A stretch of DNA of 64,000 nt, from positions 269,824,001 to 269,888,000 of the forward strand of contig OZ024740.1 in the NCBI GenBank assembly GCA_964016885.1, written 5' to 3'. The notes beneath the pieces were generated by a model. It searched no databases. It worked only from the letters and a program-made list of their open reading frames with translations, and had not been told where the DNA came from. Positions 40,681-54,116 of the stretch are shown in pieces. Each line of letters starts with the position of its first letter. The stretch's first letter is position 1. The position numbers were made by a program, and so were the translations under genes. This DNA comes from Eledone cirrhosa. Taxonomy: Eukaryota.

Positions 40681-41927
40681 TAGATTTTAAATATAATGAT
40701 GGATGAACACTACCATAAATTTTTGGGTTTAATTTGCAAATTCAATTTAATAGGTTTCATTGTTTAGTTCAATGGGCTTTCGTTTTTCTAATATAAATCA
40801 AATGTCTCTTGTTTCTTGCATATATCGGGCTACCGGAATGCTTTGTCGGAAGAATATTCATAACAGATCTTTTCAAAACTGACATTTAGTTTGCAAATAC
40901 AAAATGTCACGACACTAGTTCATCATTGTTTAGACTGACATTCAATTCCCTATATATTTCTATGAAAGGTTTCTACTAAGATTATATTTTGCAGTACTAT
41001 AATAATACTTCAGACATCTAATTTATGAACATAAGTATGCATCAAACCTTCCTTACTAAATATACATTCTTGTTTCTCTGCATCTACAACCTATATCGCT
41101 CATCCTTTCATGAGACTCGTATGACGATGATGTCCCTATACACACCTTATTAACTGTTTCGTGTAGGTCTTATCAACACGTAAAAACAGTGGTTTCATAT
41201 ATGCAGGAAATGTGTATAAAAATGATGTGTATGTCCAGACAGCCTGCAAAATAGCTTAAATTGCTAAAGGTAACCACGAGGCAGAATGTGTTATTATATC
41301 CGAAAGCGTTATTATATTGCTTTGCATTTCATATATTATCGTCATTGAAGCGATTGTGTTATCTCTTCAATACTGTTTAATTTTGAAAACATCATCTACT
41401 TTCTGAGAAGGATCATCTCTGATGCTACTTTCGATGGCGCTTCATGCTAGACCACAGAAAAAAATTATACGTTTGAATGCTAAATATATAATTGTTATGG
41501 TGACATCAACTGGTAAAATCTCAGATTGCAGTGAAGTGAGATGCGTTCATTTTTCAGTTTTTATCAAATATAAAAAAGAACCTACAAGTAAAAAAGATAC
41601 GAAAATATGAAACAGAAAACGAAAGCAAAGAGCAAATACAAAAACAAAAGCTGAAGTGAACATAAAGAGGAAAAAGAGAATGAGCATTTTGAAAATTGAA
41701 TTTGAGTGTGGCTATGTGGAAATAACATAGCTGACTAGTTTCTGTTTGGATATGGGTGAAAGGTTTAGAGGTTCAAAACAAAAACAGATTCTACAGCATT
41801 TAAAAAGCTAACCCAGAGAAACAAAGCTGGTAGATAAGATTGTGTGATGTACTAAGGATGAAAGAAAATTAAGCAACATTAATGCTATAAAGAGTATTCA
41901 AATTTATGTTGTGGCATCTGTATATAA

Positions 41928-42116
41928 TAATTGTTTCTACTTTTTGGCACAAGGCCAGAAATTACACAGTGCATTACTGGTACTTTATTTTATCGACCCC
42001 GTAAGGTTGAAAGGCAAAGTTAACCTCGGTGGGATTTGAACTCAGAAAGGCAAGGGCCGTAACTCTATAGGTCAAAGCATGGTGACCGACCCTCTACCGA
42101 TACTGCCAATCCACCG
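41928..42116 (-). mobile_element. Full-length S1 SINE
   Basis: TSD CATCTGTATATAATAAT. Confidence 0.9.
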
Positions 42117-42683
42117 CATCTGTATATAATAATATATATAAAAGTGTATTAGATATATCGAGCAATTTCAAATAGAGCATTAATGAAAGTATTCTATATA
42201 CTACTAAAACTATGTGATTGTGTGTTTGTCTGTAATTTAATACGGCCACAGCGGCACATAATGGGAAAATACTTTGAAAGGAAGTTGCCCTTCAAATGAA
42301 ATAAAACAAGTTCCCGTGAATCGGGGCACGGGTTCCCGATATACGGGTTTTTCCCGGGTACCTTCATGAATAGAGAGAAAGAGATGGTGGTTGGGAGAGG
42401 GTAGATTGAAAGAGAGACAAGAGGGAGAATTAAACAGGGAAGGAACATGGAAGAGAAGGAGAGAGGGGGGGGGGTGTAGAAAGAGAGAGAGACCTTATGG
42501 TTTTGAATGGAATTATAACAGGTGATTTCAAAGAATCGAATACAGCTTTATTGTATATAGGATGAATTTGATGACCAACTATTAAGTCATATCTATGATA
42601 TAACTTGTGTTTAGGACAGGATCTGTGTAGCGAATATTTCCCGCTAAATAGGAAGGGTTTCCTTAGTGTGTGTGTATACGTGA

Positions 42684-42723
<40 letters not shown>

Positions 42724-42826
42724 CAGATGTGAGAAAAACCACAAACCCTCCATCTCAATTCTAGTTTTGATAAGCGCAAAAACTGGGAAAAAAGACTGCA
42801 GTTGCATTTTCGATTTCATCTTTTTT

Positions 42827-42969
<143 letters not shown>

Positions 42970-42990
42970 AATAAACAACACAATATAATT

Positions 42991-43063
42991 ATTCCATTAC
43001 CCAAAGTTTCACGAAGTTGGACGATTCTAACAGAAGCGTCTGAATTCTTTCATCAGAAGGAAT
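42991..43063 (-). ncRNA. Degenerate hammerhead motif with long stem II, ~30 nt upstream of a (TA)n tract
   Basis: ATTCCTT-CTGATGA-(18-nt arms, ~12 paired)-GAAA-CTTTGGG-TA-ATGGAAT. Confidence 0.55.
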
Positions 43064-44299
43064 CTTTTCTAAGGATAATACTTGATGACAGTTTCCGAGG
43101 TATATCAGCAACACTTAAAATACTATATTGGTGATCTCATTTCCTGATATATGGTCTTGTGCCTCTTTGTATTTGGGATACGTTATCCTACTCACAATAA
43201 TCTGTCAAAGATTATAAACATTTCTGGCAGCCATTCCATACAGGTACGTAGTCTGAAAAGAACGTACAAATTAAGTATTGAATGTATGTAAATGAATAGT
43301 CTGCAGAGTAATAATAGATGCACGAATGAAGAAAAAAGGAGTGTCATGAACACAAACCAAAGAATCTATCCCCATAGTATAAGTAACAAACATACGATAA
43401 TAGTATTCAATACGAAAACAATTTCTAAGGTGTGTAATTATGGTCTATCTGAGAGACATGGTTTTTATTTTAATATTGAAATTAGATGTGATTTAATTTG
43501 GCTGGTCTTATAGCATTTCGGATCCAATAGACGAATAGTAAGCGGTGAGTAACACGATATAGAAAATATGATTCTACTGAATGGATATTTAAATACATAT
43601 GACGATTTTGTAATCAAGCGGGTAAATGGATACAGAATATTTATGCGTATTTTATTATATAGTTTTGTAGAAAACGTGTTTATCTTAAAGCTTTGAACAA
43701 TAATTGAAATATGTATTTCAATTTTAGGTTTCTACTAACTATGTATAGTGTAGGCAATTTTCTGCATATCTGTATCTCTTTACTGCGCGTCTATATCAGT
43801 AACACACAATTTGAATATTTCGACATTATATTTCTTTATGTTTAAAGACAACGTCATATGTGTTGTTCATCAGAATATCTTATATGGAGGAGAAATTTGG
43901 TAAGCATATTTTATTGTATGAATTTTGTTAGTACCCACGGTGATAATTTGATTTATGATGTTCATGTAATTATGTTTGAAGGATAACGTATGTTTTGAAG
44001 AGAAGCATTACTAAAGGAAAAACAAACTATAATATGAAGTACTACAAAAAAGCTAACCGATCTTAACTTTTATAATATTAGAAATTCGTGTTTAATTGTC
44101 TCATGATATCTATGTTAAGAATGTCAACACTGGTTATATACGTTTATATCTTTTGTAATATAGTATATTATAAACATTCGACTTAGTGCAGATGGGAACT
44201 TAGTGCAGATGGAAGCTTTTATGAGTCAACTATACAAATCATGTGCAAGTCTGGAAAGAGTATAAATGTTATATACTATTAAAATATAAATATATAATT

Positions 44300-44781
44300 A
44301 AATGCTTTAGCATTCGGTAATCAGAAGAAGGGAGGTAGGTGCAAAAGCCCAACTTACTATCTTTAATTCGGTATTCATGCCAGCCCTTACCTATGGTCAT
44401 AAATCCGGGGTTATGACTGAAAAATTACGATCGCGAATACAAGCAGCCCAATGACGTTCCTGCAAAAAATCATTGGAGTAACGTTACTCGGTAGCGTGCT
44501 TAGCTCGGAGATCAGAGAGTCACCCTAATTAGAGTCGCTTCTTCATCGAAATGAGATATCACAGCTCCGATAATATTGGCATGTGGTTAAAATATCTCAG
44601 GAAGAAATCGCTGAACAGATTTTACGGGCGAAGACAACCGGCAAGAAATCCAGATGTAGACCATACGTAAGATGACATCCATTAACTCAGCTGGTCTCGC
44701 TTAGGGGATCCAGCCAGAGCAAACGGAGACGGTTGCTTCTGATAGGATTGGACTGAAGAAGAAGAAGAAGAAGAAGAAGAA
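44300..44781 (+). mobile_element. RTE-clade LINE 3' end with (GAA)n tail
   Basis: LTYGHKSGVMTEKLRSRIQAA...SQLR*YWHVVK...TGKKSRCRP; ends in (GAA)n. Confidence 0.75.
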
Positions 44782-44960
44782 TTTAATATTTCCTAGCAAT
44801 CACACAACATGCAGGTGGAGTTGAATCTTTATTAACATTGACCATTGATCCTTAGAATAAAGGTTGAGGTGAAAATAGTTTGGATATTAGAACTTGCTGC
44901 ATTTTAGAGGAAATAACTATATAACGTTTTAGCCAATGTTGTGACCTATATTGATAAATA

Positions 44961-45566
44961 TAATTGTTTCTACTTTTGGCACAAGGCCAGCAATTACCCA
45001 GTGCATTACTGGTACTTTATTTTATCGACCCCGTAAGGATGAAAGGCAAAGTTAACCTCGGCGGGATTTGAACTCAGAATGGCAAAGACCGTAACTCTAT
45101 GCGTCAAAGCATGGCGTCCGACCCTCTACCGATACTGCCAATCCATCGCCCATATTGATAAATATAATACATGGACATCATAAGAAATTTAAGATTAACT
45201 GTATCTAATATATAATTGAAAACCTTCATGTAATAATTGCTTCTACTTTTGGCACAAGGCCAGCAAATAAGCAGTACATTACTGGTACTTTATTTTATCG
45301 ACCCCGTAAGGATGAAAGGCAAAGTTAACTTCGACGGGATTTGAACTCAGACCGTAAAGGGACGTAACTATATGAAATAATTGTTTCTACTTTAGGCACA
45401 ATGCCAGCAATTAACCAGTGCATTACTGGTACTTTATTTTATCTACCCCGTAAGGATGAAAGCCAAAGTCAACCTCGACGGGATTTGAACTCAGATCGTA
45501 AAGGGACGTAACTATGCTGGAAAGCATGGCATCCGACCCTCTACCGATACTGCCAATCCACCGCCA
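44961..45566 (-). mobile_element. Three S1 SINE copies (44961-45150 full, 45234-45372 partial, 45378-45566 full)
   Basis: Consensus matches; first has TSD ATATTGATAAATATAAT. Confidence 0.9.
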
Positions 45567-45911
45567 GTAACTATATGTAATAATGCCTGTGTTTCTGCGG
45601 TTCTTATATATAATCGATTGAACCAACGACAATGTATTTTTTTAATATTAAATTTATTGACCTGCCTACAATACAGTTGCCCAAAACACATTTCATTGCG
45701 GATTTAGGCTATGAATTTCCGGGTGAAAAATGAACATTACAGATAATCTAATCTGGTAAGATCTAGAAATGTCCATAGAAGAACATAAGATTACAAAAGA
45801 TGGATTTGTGCAAAAAGTCAAAAAGATTGTGTCAGGTTCATATGGGATAGAATCAACTGGAAAAATGGATAAATGCAAACAGTTGATTTAAAAGAGTTGG
45901 GGGTGATATAT

Positions 45912-45959
<48 letters not shown>

Positions 45960-45960
45960 A

Positions 45961-46004
<44 letters not shown>

Positions 46005-46048
46005 GTATACACACTCATATATATATATTGTTGATTTAAGAGGTGGGA

Positions 46049-46106
<58 letters not shown>

Positions 46107-46274
46107 AAAGTTTTATTTAAAATTGTTGGGTTACAACAAGTAAATATTTTATAACTGATATAAAGCACTCGACAAGTTTTTGGAGTAGATATACGATATC
46201 AAACCAGCTTCCTACATAATGGTCGCTCATATTTATGGTACGTCAAAATTATTTATAAAACTGTTTATATATTG

Positions 46275-46340
46275 TATTTTATCTGACGAAGGCATGCCAT
46301 ATTTTTAATATGGTATCCCTTAAATATGTATAATGAAATA
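46275..46340 (+). ncRNA. Degenerate hammerhead motif (TAAA for GAAA) in a (TA)n-bounded fragment
   Basis: TATTTTAT-CTGACGA-AGGCATGCCATATT TTT AATATGGTATCCCT-TAAA-TATGTA-TA-ATGAAATA; 8-bp stem I. Confidence 0.6.
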
Positions 46341-46404
46341 AATATGGTTTTATAAATATAGTTTCCATTTGTTTAATATCGTATATATATATATATATAT
46401 ATAT

Positions 46405-46693
<289 letters not shown>

Positions 46694-46722
46694 TCCCACC
46701 TCTTAAATCAACAATATATATA

Positions 46723-46779
<57 letters not shown>

Positions 46780-47838
46780 TTATTATAGAAATGGCTTCTA
46801 CATGACTACAACTGTTTCATTCGAAGGAAATCATCAGGAAACCCGACTGCCAATGTGATATAGTGGTATTTATACATTTTCTGGTGGTAGGGGAAGGTGG
46901 TAATTGGGATGGGTGGAGGTCATTGGCTGATGGATTTAAATAATGGGGGTTCTTTGAAAAAACTATAAAAAGCAAGTGTATCCTTTGGTAGAGGCTCTTC
47001 TATATCTAGTTGCAGAAAACGGGTATACGTTTATCAGGCAATTCTTGGAACTAAGAGATTGCCTCAGAGATTCTACTCCAGAGTGGGAGATGTGAGGCTG
47101 CACGCAACGACGGTAGTACTCTATCGAGGATTTTTTTTACTGATAGATCCGATGTCCGAGCGTGTAAGGTTAATCAGTCTAAGCGACAGTTTGTTAAAGA
47201 AATTTCCCTTGCGGTCTTTTAGGATAAAGGGCTGGATCTTTACTCTAAATGGTTCAGTCTGGTCTTCTGTTTTAAGGGACTTTGCAATCTCTTTACCAAC
47301 TAAATTGGTCTCAATCAATAACAACTCGTCCACTTTTTCGTAAGTGGTCGTGATTGCATATGTTGCCAGCTTCCTATAGGTCGTAAGTTCACCTCATAAA
47401 CGTTTTTAGTTTTATCAGAGAGGACATGGAGATTGCGGGAACCTTTTAATTTCAGTATTTCGTCTTTTAAATTGGCTTGGAATGGTGTGTTGTCTCTACG
47501 AAAATTGATGTCTCTGATCATTTTGAAGAGGTCTTCCTCAAATGGTTCAAGTAGGCTGCTGGTGGGTGGTCCCTTATTGTATCGTTTTGATACTGAACTT
47601 CTCATCATTGGTAGATGCTACACCAAGGTTCTCCATCAAATACGATTAATGAACTTGTCATGGTAATATTGATGCCGAGTTTGGTCAAAATGGTTTCTTG
47701 TTGATGATTAAGAGGGGCACGGTAAGGTGCTAAAAGATATGTGTATTCCGGTTTCACCACAGTAAGGTACTCAATACATAACAGAGTAATAATATTCAAC
47801 ATAGACATGGCTTCGAAGGAAATCATCAGGAAAGCTAT
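46780..47838 (-). mobile_element. Internally deleted Penelope-like element with partial terminal direct repeat
   Basis: LEPFEEDLFKMIRDINFR..LSDKTKNVYEV; LKDRKGNF..RLINLTRSDIGSISK; TTCGAAGGAAATCATCAGGAAA at both 46820 and 47812. Confidence 0.75.
46793..46843 (-). ncRNA. Hammerhead-like motif in the PLE 3' repeat
   Basis: GGTTTC-CTGATGA-T TTC CTTC GAA T-GAAA-CA...TG-TA-GAAGCC. Confidence 0.55.
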
Positions 47839-48596
47839 ATATATACATATAGCTTGCACGATACCAAATCGGTCATATCAATGTGTTCAACGTCAAACTA
47901 CTACGCTTTCACTTGAATAATATTTTTATTTGAATATTTTGAATAGAACCAAAATCACAAGAACTATGAAATAGTCGAATGAGTTAGGGTGTGAGTATAT
48001 GTCTAATCCCTATGAATATTGAAATAAATATAAAATATACGACAGTATCACAATAGGGGCCATGAAATAGTGAAGTTATATCAACTTTATGAAATTAATT
48101 TTATAGTGATCTTAATGAAAAGTGTTGCACATTTCTTAAAAATGCAGGTAGAACTATGTGGTATGTAACAGATAATTAAGACTATTGTGCTATTATCATA
48201 TTCACCAATGACATCAAACGAAATTACCTTTGCTAGAGGACACTTCTCGAATATCTTAGCACATGATTAATACTAAATGTTTCCTATGCATCTACTTTTG
48301 AAGACGACTGAGTATATATTTTATTAACTTCTATGTTCAAGATAGAGCTGTTGGCTATTTGATTAAGTGCCTGTCTATGATTATCGAATCAAATACATGG
48401 TAATATGTTTACTTTTTTTAACTGAATTAATAACTTTGATGGTTATATACTAAGCTAAACCAATAGTATTTGAACCAAAGGAGGGTAGAGTGAAAGAAAA
48501 TTGATTGAATACACAAGGGGAAATTAATTCATAAAAAAGGAGCTGAAAATGATGTCTCACCATATTGGAACGAAATCAAATACTGCATTTCATTTG

Positions 48597-48760
48597 GTAG
48601 GCAGGGAATTGGCAGAGTCGTTAGGATGTCGGATACAATACTTTGCGGTATAGATTCCGTCTCTCTGCACTCTGAGTTCAAAATCCAGCCTTATCCACTT
48701 CGTATTTAATGCTTTAGAGGTCGCCAAAAATGTACCATTCCAGTATTGGGGTCGATTCTT
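48597..48760 (+). mobile_element. Old SINE related to S1
   Basis: TTGGCAGAGTCGTTAG...CTGAGTTCAAAATCC. Confidence 0.6.
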
Positions 48761-49754
48761 TTTCTGTATCTCTTTCTCAATTCCTCTGCATTAATATTTC
48801 GCTCATTCTCTGGCAGAAGTCAATTCTGCTCAGACTTGGCTCGGCCAATATATATACATATATATATGTGTGTGTGTCTGTGTGTGTGCATGTTTTTGTG
48901 TGTGTTTGTGCAAAGATATTGAATTAGGAACCACTGAGAAAATTTAAATGCGAAAATACAGTCTCGACAATGCAGATAATCTTAATAATAGTTGATACCT
49001 ATCTTGATAAAAGTTGAATTTATCTTGTAAAGCACCCTTGGCGACGAAAATCAGTGTACAGTGACGAATATCTACATTTTCTTTCGTCTCCAGGGATACT
49101 CTAGCCAATTTATTCAACTATTATAGCTGTATACATTGTGATTACTCTATTTTCAATATACTTATACATCTTTGTGTATATGTATTTCAACGTGAGAGCC
49201 ATAAATACAGCCTCGAAATTCCTCTTTCAATTACAAATGCAAATACGAAAAATTCCTTTAAACCTTGATATAATTGATCACTCTGGAAAAGCCGTATGCT
49301 GAGAAGCGTATATGAATATATTAATCTTTAATCATGTTATTGAATTATCCCTACTAAATGATAGCTATGATATTAAGAACATACCCGAAAGTTTTAAGAA
49401 GCGTAATCTACTTAATTCTGAAGCTGAAATGATTATGACCGGTTCAAAATGTGTCAATGGTTCACCAGTTTAGTTCATAATTAGAACATTAATGTAACTT
49501 AAATGAGAGACAAATACGTTTGTAAATAGATTGGCATATTTCTTAATTTTAGGCGAGTTTATGGAGCCACAAATGTCGCAATATTTTACAGCATGTTGCC
49601 GAATCGATGAGATCTCATCTATATTATGCACTAATAAGACAATACAACAGAGAAAAAGAAAGGAAAATATAAAATTTAAATCTATTTGTCAAGTTAGAAA
49701 CTTTTGTTGATTACATTTTGGAAATTGGTTGTCATATCTTTGCCATCGATTTCA

Positions 49755-50075
49755 ATGTCGGGGTGTAGACGACAACCATAGTTTAAAAGCAAGACCTTTG
49801 CTATTGGTCACGTCCAGGACCACCAACTTACCATCAGGGGCCAGGAATATCGATTGTCACTTAAGATCCTGCTCTTTCAGAAACAGCATGCCATGTCAGC
49901 TTCCGTTCCAGGACAACTAGACTAGAGATACGTAAACGTCAGGGCTACAGCTCGCGTGCGAGTATCCTTCACTCGGGGACGGTGGTCACATCAATAGCTG
50001 AGGTCATTGAGCAAGCGACGTTGCTTCTAGAACGACCCCAGACCACGCAGGTGTATACAATCGGCTCTTAGAATC
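49755..50075 (-). pseudogene. Decayed Tx1-type ORF2 APE endonuclease N-terminus
   Basis: Minus-strand pieces CIHLRGLGSF*KQRRLLNDL, IDVTTVPE, DGKLVVLDVTNSKGLAFKL. Confidence 0.55.
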
Positions 50076-51159
50076 ACCATATTGGCTGGTTAGTAAAAAG
50101 AAAAAAAGGGACGGCTACATACCCTCCGGGTGCTGGTTGAGATCGGGTTGTACGATCTTCCTATCTGATTGGGGTTCATTGGTAACCCCTTAACAAGCCA
50201 ATCTTGGCTTTTACATTAGTGTTTTCCACGTTTCGAGAGAAGCACTACATAATCGTGTTTATGTTTCAAGGGAAATTCACATTATCAATAGATTATGTAG
50301 TTCTTTAAAATTGCTGGTGCCGAATATTTTACCAATTTTCTTAATATCTTTACTTCGTGCTCTGAAGAACATAAATTGTTATCCATTCTCCCTAGCTGGA
50401 AATGTTGTATCTGTATTGTTGGTTGTTGTTGCTGCGTGTATTTTGTTTTTGTGGGTGATTGTGGATGTGGTAATGTTGGCGGTGGTAGCAGTGGTTGCGA
50501 TGATAGCAATGTTCTTGTTGTAGATGTTTATGTATTTGTTGTGGGTGTGTTTTTTTTGTTGTGTTTTCTGGTGTGTGTGTTGGTGTGAGGCAAGATGATT
50601 TTGTTTTGTTTTCTCCTTTTATTCTTGGGAGTTCGTGATATCCCTCCTCATCTTCACTTCGAGATGAAAAGGTACCGGTGTGTGCAGATTCTGTCTCTGA
50701 TATGGGCGAGTGTGTTTGTGCTGATGTGAGTGTCTCTGTGTGAGTTATGTTTAGAAGAGAGAGAGAGAGGGGGGGAGGAGGAATAATTTCGTTGGGAGAC
50801 ACCCCGGGTGTTTCTCACCTTGTCTGTTGTTGGTGGTTGTGGTGGTTTTCTGCTGATGATTTGGATGGTGTTGTTGATGTCGATGCTGCTGCTGCTGCTG
50901 CGAATGCTTGTGTGACTGCTGCTACTCTAAAGCTACCTCATAGTGCGATTGCAGAGCAAGCTTCAGCTCTTTCCTCTTGATACCGATACATTAGGTGATT
51001 TCCTTCGCTGCCAACACCTCAGGCGGAACACTTATATTAGCCCAGATTTTCTCAACTGTTACAAGTGTGGAAGTCTGAGTCAAACATCCCCTTCTACTGC
51101 TCAAGTCCATATGGAACACTTCCATTGTTAACATAGCCATTGCTGTGAACGTGCATTTG

Positions 51160-51430
51160 TAGTTGTTGCTGTTGTTGCTGTTGTTATTGTTGTCATTGTT
51201 ATTGTTATCGTTATGGTTGTTGTCGTTGCTTTTGTTGTGACTTTACTGTTGTTGCTAATGTTGTTGTTGTTGTTGTTGTTGTTGTTGCTATTGCTGTTGT
51301 TGTTGTTGTTCTTGTTGTTTCCGTTGCTTTTGTCGTTGATATTGTTGTCGTTGTTGTTGATGCAGATGCTACTGCTGTTGATGTCATTGCTATTGTTTCG
51401 GCTGATCCTATTGCTGTTGTTGCAGTTGTT
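51160..51430. repeat. Degenerate (GTT)n/(GCT)n trinucleotide tract
   Basis: Direct reading. Confidence 0.85.
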
Positions 51431-51813
51431 GGTAGTGGAATCGGCTTTGTAGGTTATTTCTGTAGCGCTGGTGGTGACAGTGAGTGTGTTCGCCGTGAAG
51501 TTGTTGCTTTTTGGTCGTTTGCTCAAATTGTGACTCATATTTTACACTTGCGAAATATCTTTGCTCTCCTCGCGATTGTGGAATGTGTTGTCATCTTCAT
51601 TTTTTTAAAAGATTAGTGGGCGCATTTTGGCAAATATAATTGACATACTTGGACCCCAGGCCTAAATAGTATGGGGTCACCTTTCCTAGGGCATTGTATG
51701 GTACACTATATGCATTTAATAAATAGAATTTAAACAAAAGACATTTTAAAAACAGGTAAAAAAACAACAAACTTACAAGAGCCGAGTCGAAGTCCTCTCA
51801 ATCAAACAAGAGC

Positions 51814-51865
<52 letters not shown>

Positions 51866-51876
51866 GTAATAATAAT

Positions 51877-53147
51877 CCGTAGGCTCGATACAAATATTAG
51901 AAAATCTTGTGGAACCATGCACAGAATGCATCACCCTAAGGCAGATACAGATAGAATATATCTCCCTAGGAAAGAAGGAGGACGTGGGTTAATCCAGTTA
52001 CAGATTGCGTTGAAAACAGCAACAATTGGATTATTTACATATCTAAGGGAATCACATGATTGGATGATCAAACTCGTTTTGAAACACGAAAGCATCAAAC
52101 GATCACACTCCATTACAAAAGATGCACAAAGTTACAGTAATGGACTACAAATCTCAGAAGTCCCATTTACTGCTGAAATGGAAAACACAGAAAAAGCAAA
52201 GCAGGTAAAAGTAATTGCAAAGAAAGAACTGCTACAGAAACTGGCTAAGAAATGACAAGAAGCCTCTGTATGGAAAATACCCAGAAAGAGCTAACAATCC
52301 TGATGTTGACAAAACTTTAACCCATCAGTGGTTGGCATCCCCTGGACTGAAATCGGAGACTGAAGGACTGATTATATCAGCACAAGATCAGTGTCTGCCA
52401 ACAAAAAATTACCAAGCCAACATAATAAAAAATGGACGCAACCCATTATGTTATGCCGTGTATGTAAAAAACAACCAGAGACCATTGATCATATAATTTC
52501 AATGTGCAGTCCTATAGCTCCAACCGAATACCTAAACAGGCATGACAGAGCTGCACAATACATACATTGGATAATGTGTAAGCATTTTGACCTGCCCCAT
52601 CAAAAGAATTGGTGGGAGCATCAGCCACCTCCCATACTTGAAAACGATCACATCTCAATCTTGTGGAACTTTAGCATCCAAACAGACCGAAAAATAGATG
52701 CAAATAGACCTGATATAATACTGAAGGACTTTAAAAAGAGGGTATGCCTGCTAATTGATATGTCCGTTCCAATAGACAAGAATGTATCTATAAAAACATT
52801 TGAAAAATTGAGCAAGTATAAGGACCTGGAGATAGAAATTGGAAAAATGTGGAAATTGAGAACTAAACAATACCAGTGGTTGTAGGCGCTCTAGGAATGA
52901 TACCTAACGGGTCTAATGATTACTTATCGCAAATCCCAGGAAAATCCGCGTATAGGAGAAATACAAAAGATAGTACTAATGGGAACTGCCCATATACTAA
53001 GGAAGATTCTGTCAATATAAGTACATCACAAGTCTAAACATGCATGTATGTTCTTTCTTGAACATGGCAGACCTTGTTGTCTCTTGAGGTCACTGGTTGT
53101 GACTTGGTGATAACTCGTATGAACATAAAGAAAGATAAATGCAACTG
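51877..53147 (+). mobile_element. 5'-truncated R4/Dong-type non-LTR retrotransposon inserted in (TAA)n
   Basis: HPKADTDRIYLPRKEGGRGL; ETEGLIISAQDQ; CRVCKKQPETIDHIISMC..RHD; NRPDII..LIDMSVP..EKLSKYKDL; (AAT)n at 51813-51875 and 53148-53166. Confidence 0.9.
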
Positions 53148-53164
53148 TAATAATAATAATAATA

Positions 53165-53357
53165 ATGGTTTCTGATTTAAGCTTAATGCCAACAATTCAA
53201 TCGACCTCAATACATTGCTGGTGTTTTATTTATCGACTTCGTAAGGATGAAAGGCAAAGTCAAACTCAGCATTATTTGAACTCAAAACGTAAAGGGCTGT
53301 AACTCTATGTCGCAAATCATGGTACCCGATGCTCTACCAGTACTTCTTATCCACCGT
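53165..53357 (-). mobile_element. Old S1-related SINE
   Basis: Diverged reverse-complement match. Confidence 0.7.
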
Positions 53358-53954
53358 ATGAAAGTAGAATATAAACATTTAGAATGGACGTTTCTTAAAA
53401 TATGAAATACAATCTACGAATTTGATAAACAAAGATACATGACATATTAGGCGCCTATATATGAAACGCTTTCCAAGGAAAAGTAATCCCTACGTGGATA
53501 AAATCTTTATGTATGCTCATTGATTATAGTTATTTTCAGTTGTTACGTTACACTTGTGAACTTAGGTATTCCAAATGTTATTTGAACTAGCATTAATATA
53601 GAAATCAGCTTATCCAAATAGCATTTGATCTGCTTTGCTAAATACATATCTGCTATTATGTTTCAGGCAGTGCAGAATGGTTTCAAAGGAAAAGGAGAAG
53701 CGATAACGTCAATTGCATTTCCTACATCATATAGGAAAAACGATTGCATCAATGAAACTCACAAGCTATATGCATGCATGGTCCCCTAACTCCTGATGGA
53801 GTCGTTGGAGCACTGTATCGACATACGGCGTTTCTAGGACATTTCTTTAAAAACCCAGTGGAGCGCAATCCTCTACAGATTTAATTACATGAGATCTCTT
53901 CATGAGAAGGATAGAGATAGTGCGAGAATAGAAGAGAAAGGGAGATATAGAAGC

Positions 53955-54116
53955 TAAATCAACCCTAATACTAGATTGGTACTTTTTTTAACGATCTCGA
54001 ATGGATGAAAGACAAAGTTGACCTTGACGGGATTTGAACTCAGAGAGCAGAGAGCTGAAACGAATACGGTAAAGCATTCTATCCGACGTTCTAACGAGTC
54101 TGCCAATTCGCTGCCC
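53955..54116 (-). mobile_element. Old S1-related SINE
   Basis: GGATGAAAGACAAAGTTGACCTTGACGGGATTTGAACTCAGA...CTGCCAATTCGC. Confidence 0.7.

Noticed and set aside
44754-44781. CTGAAGA core-like match
   Set aside because: Start of the (GAA)n tail of an RTE LINE
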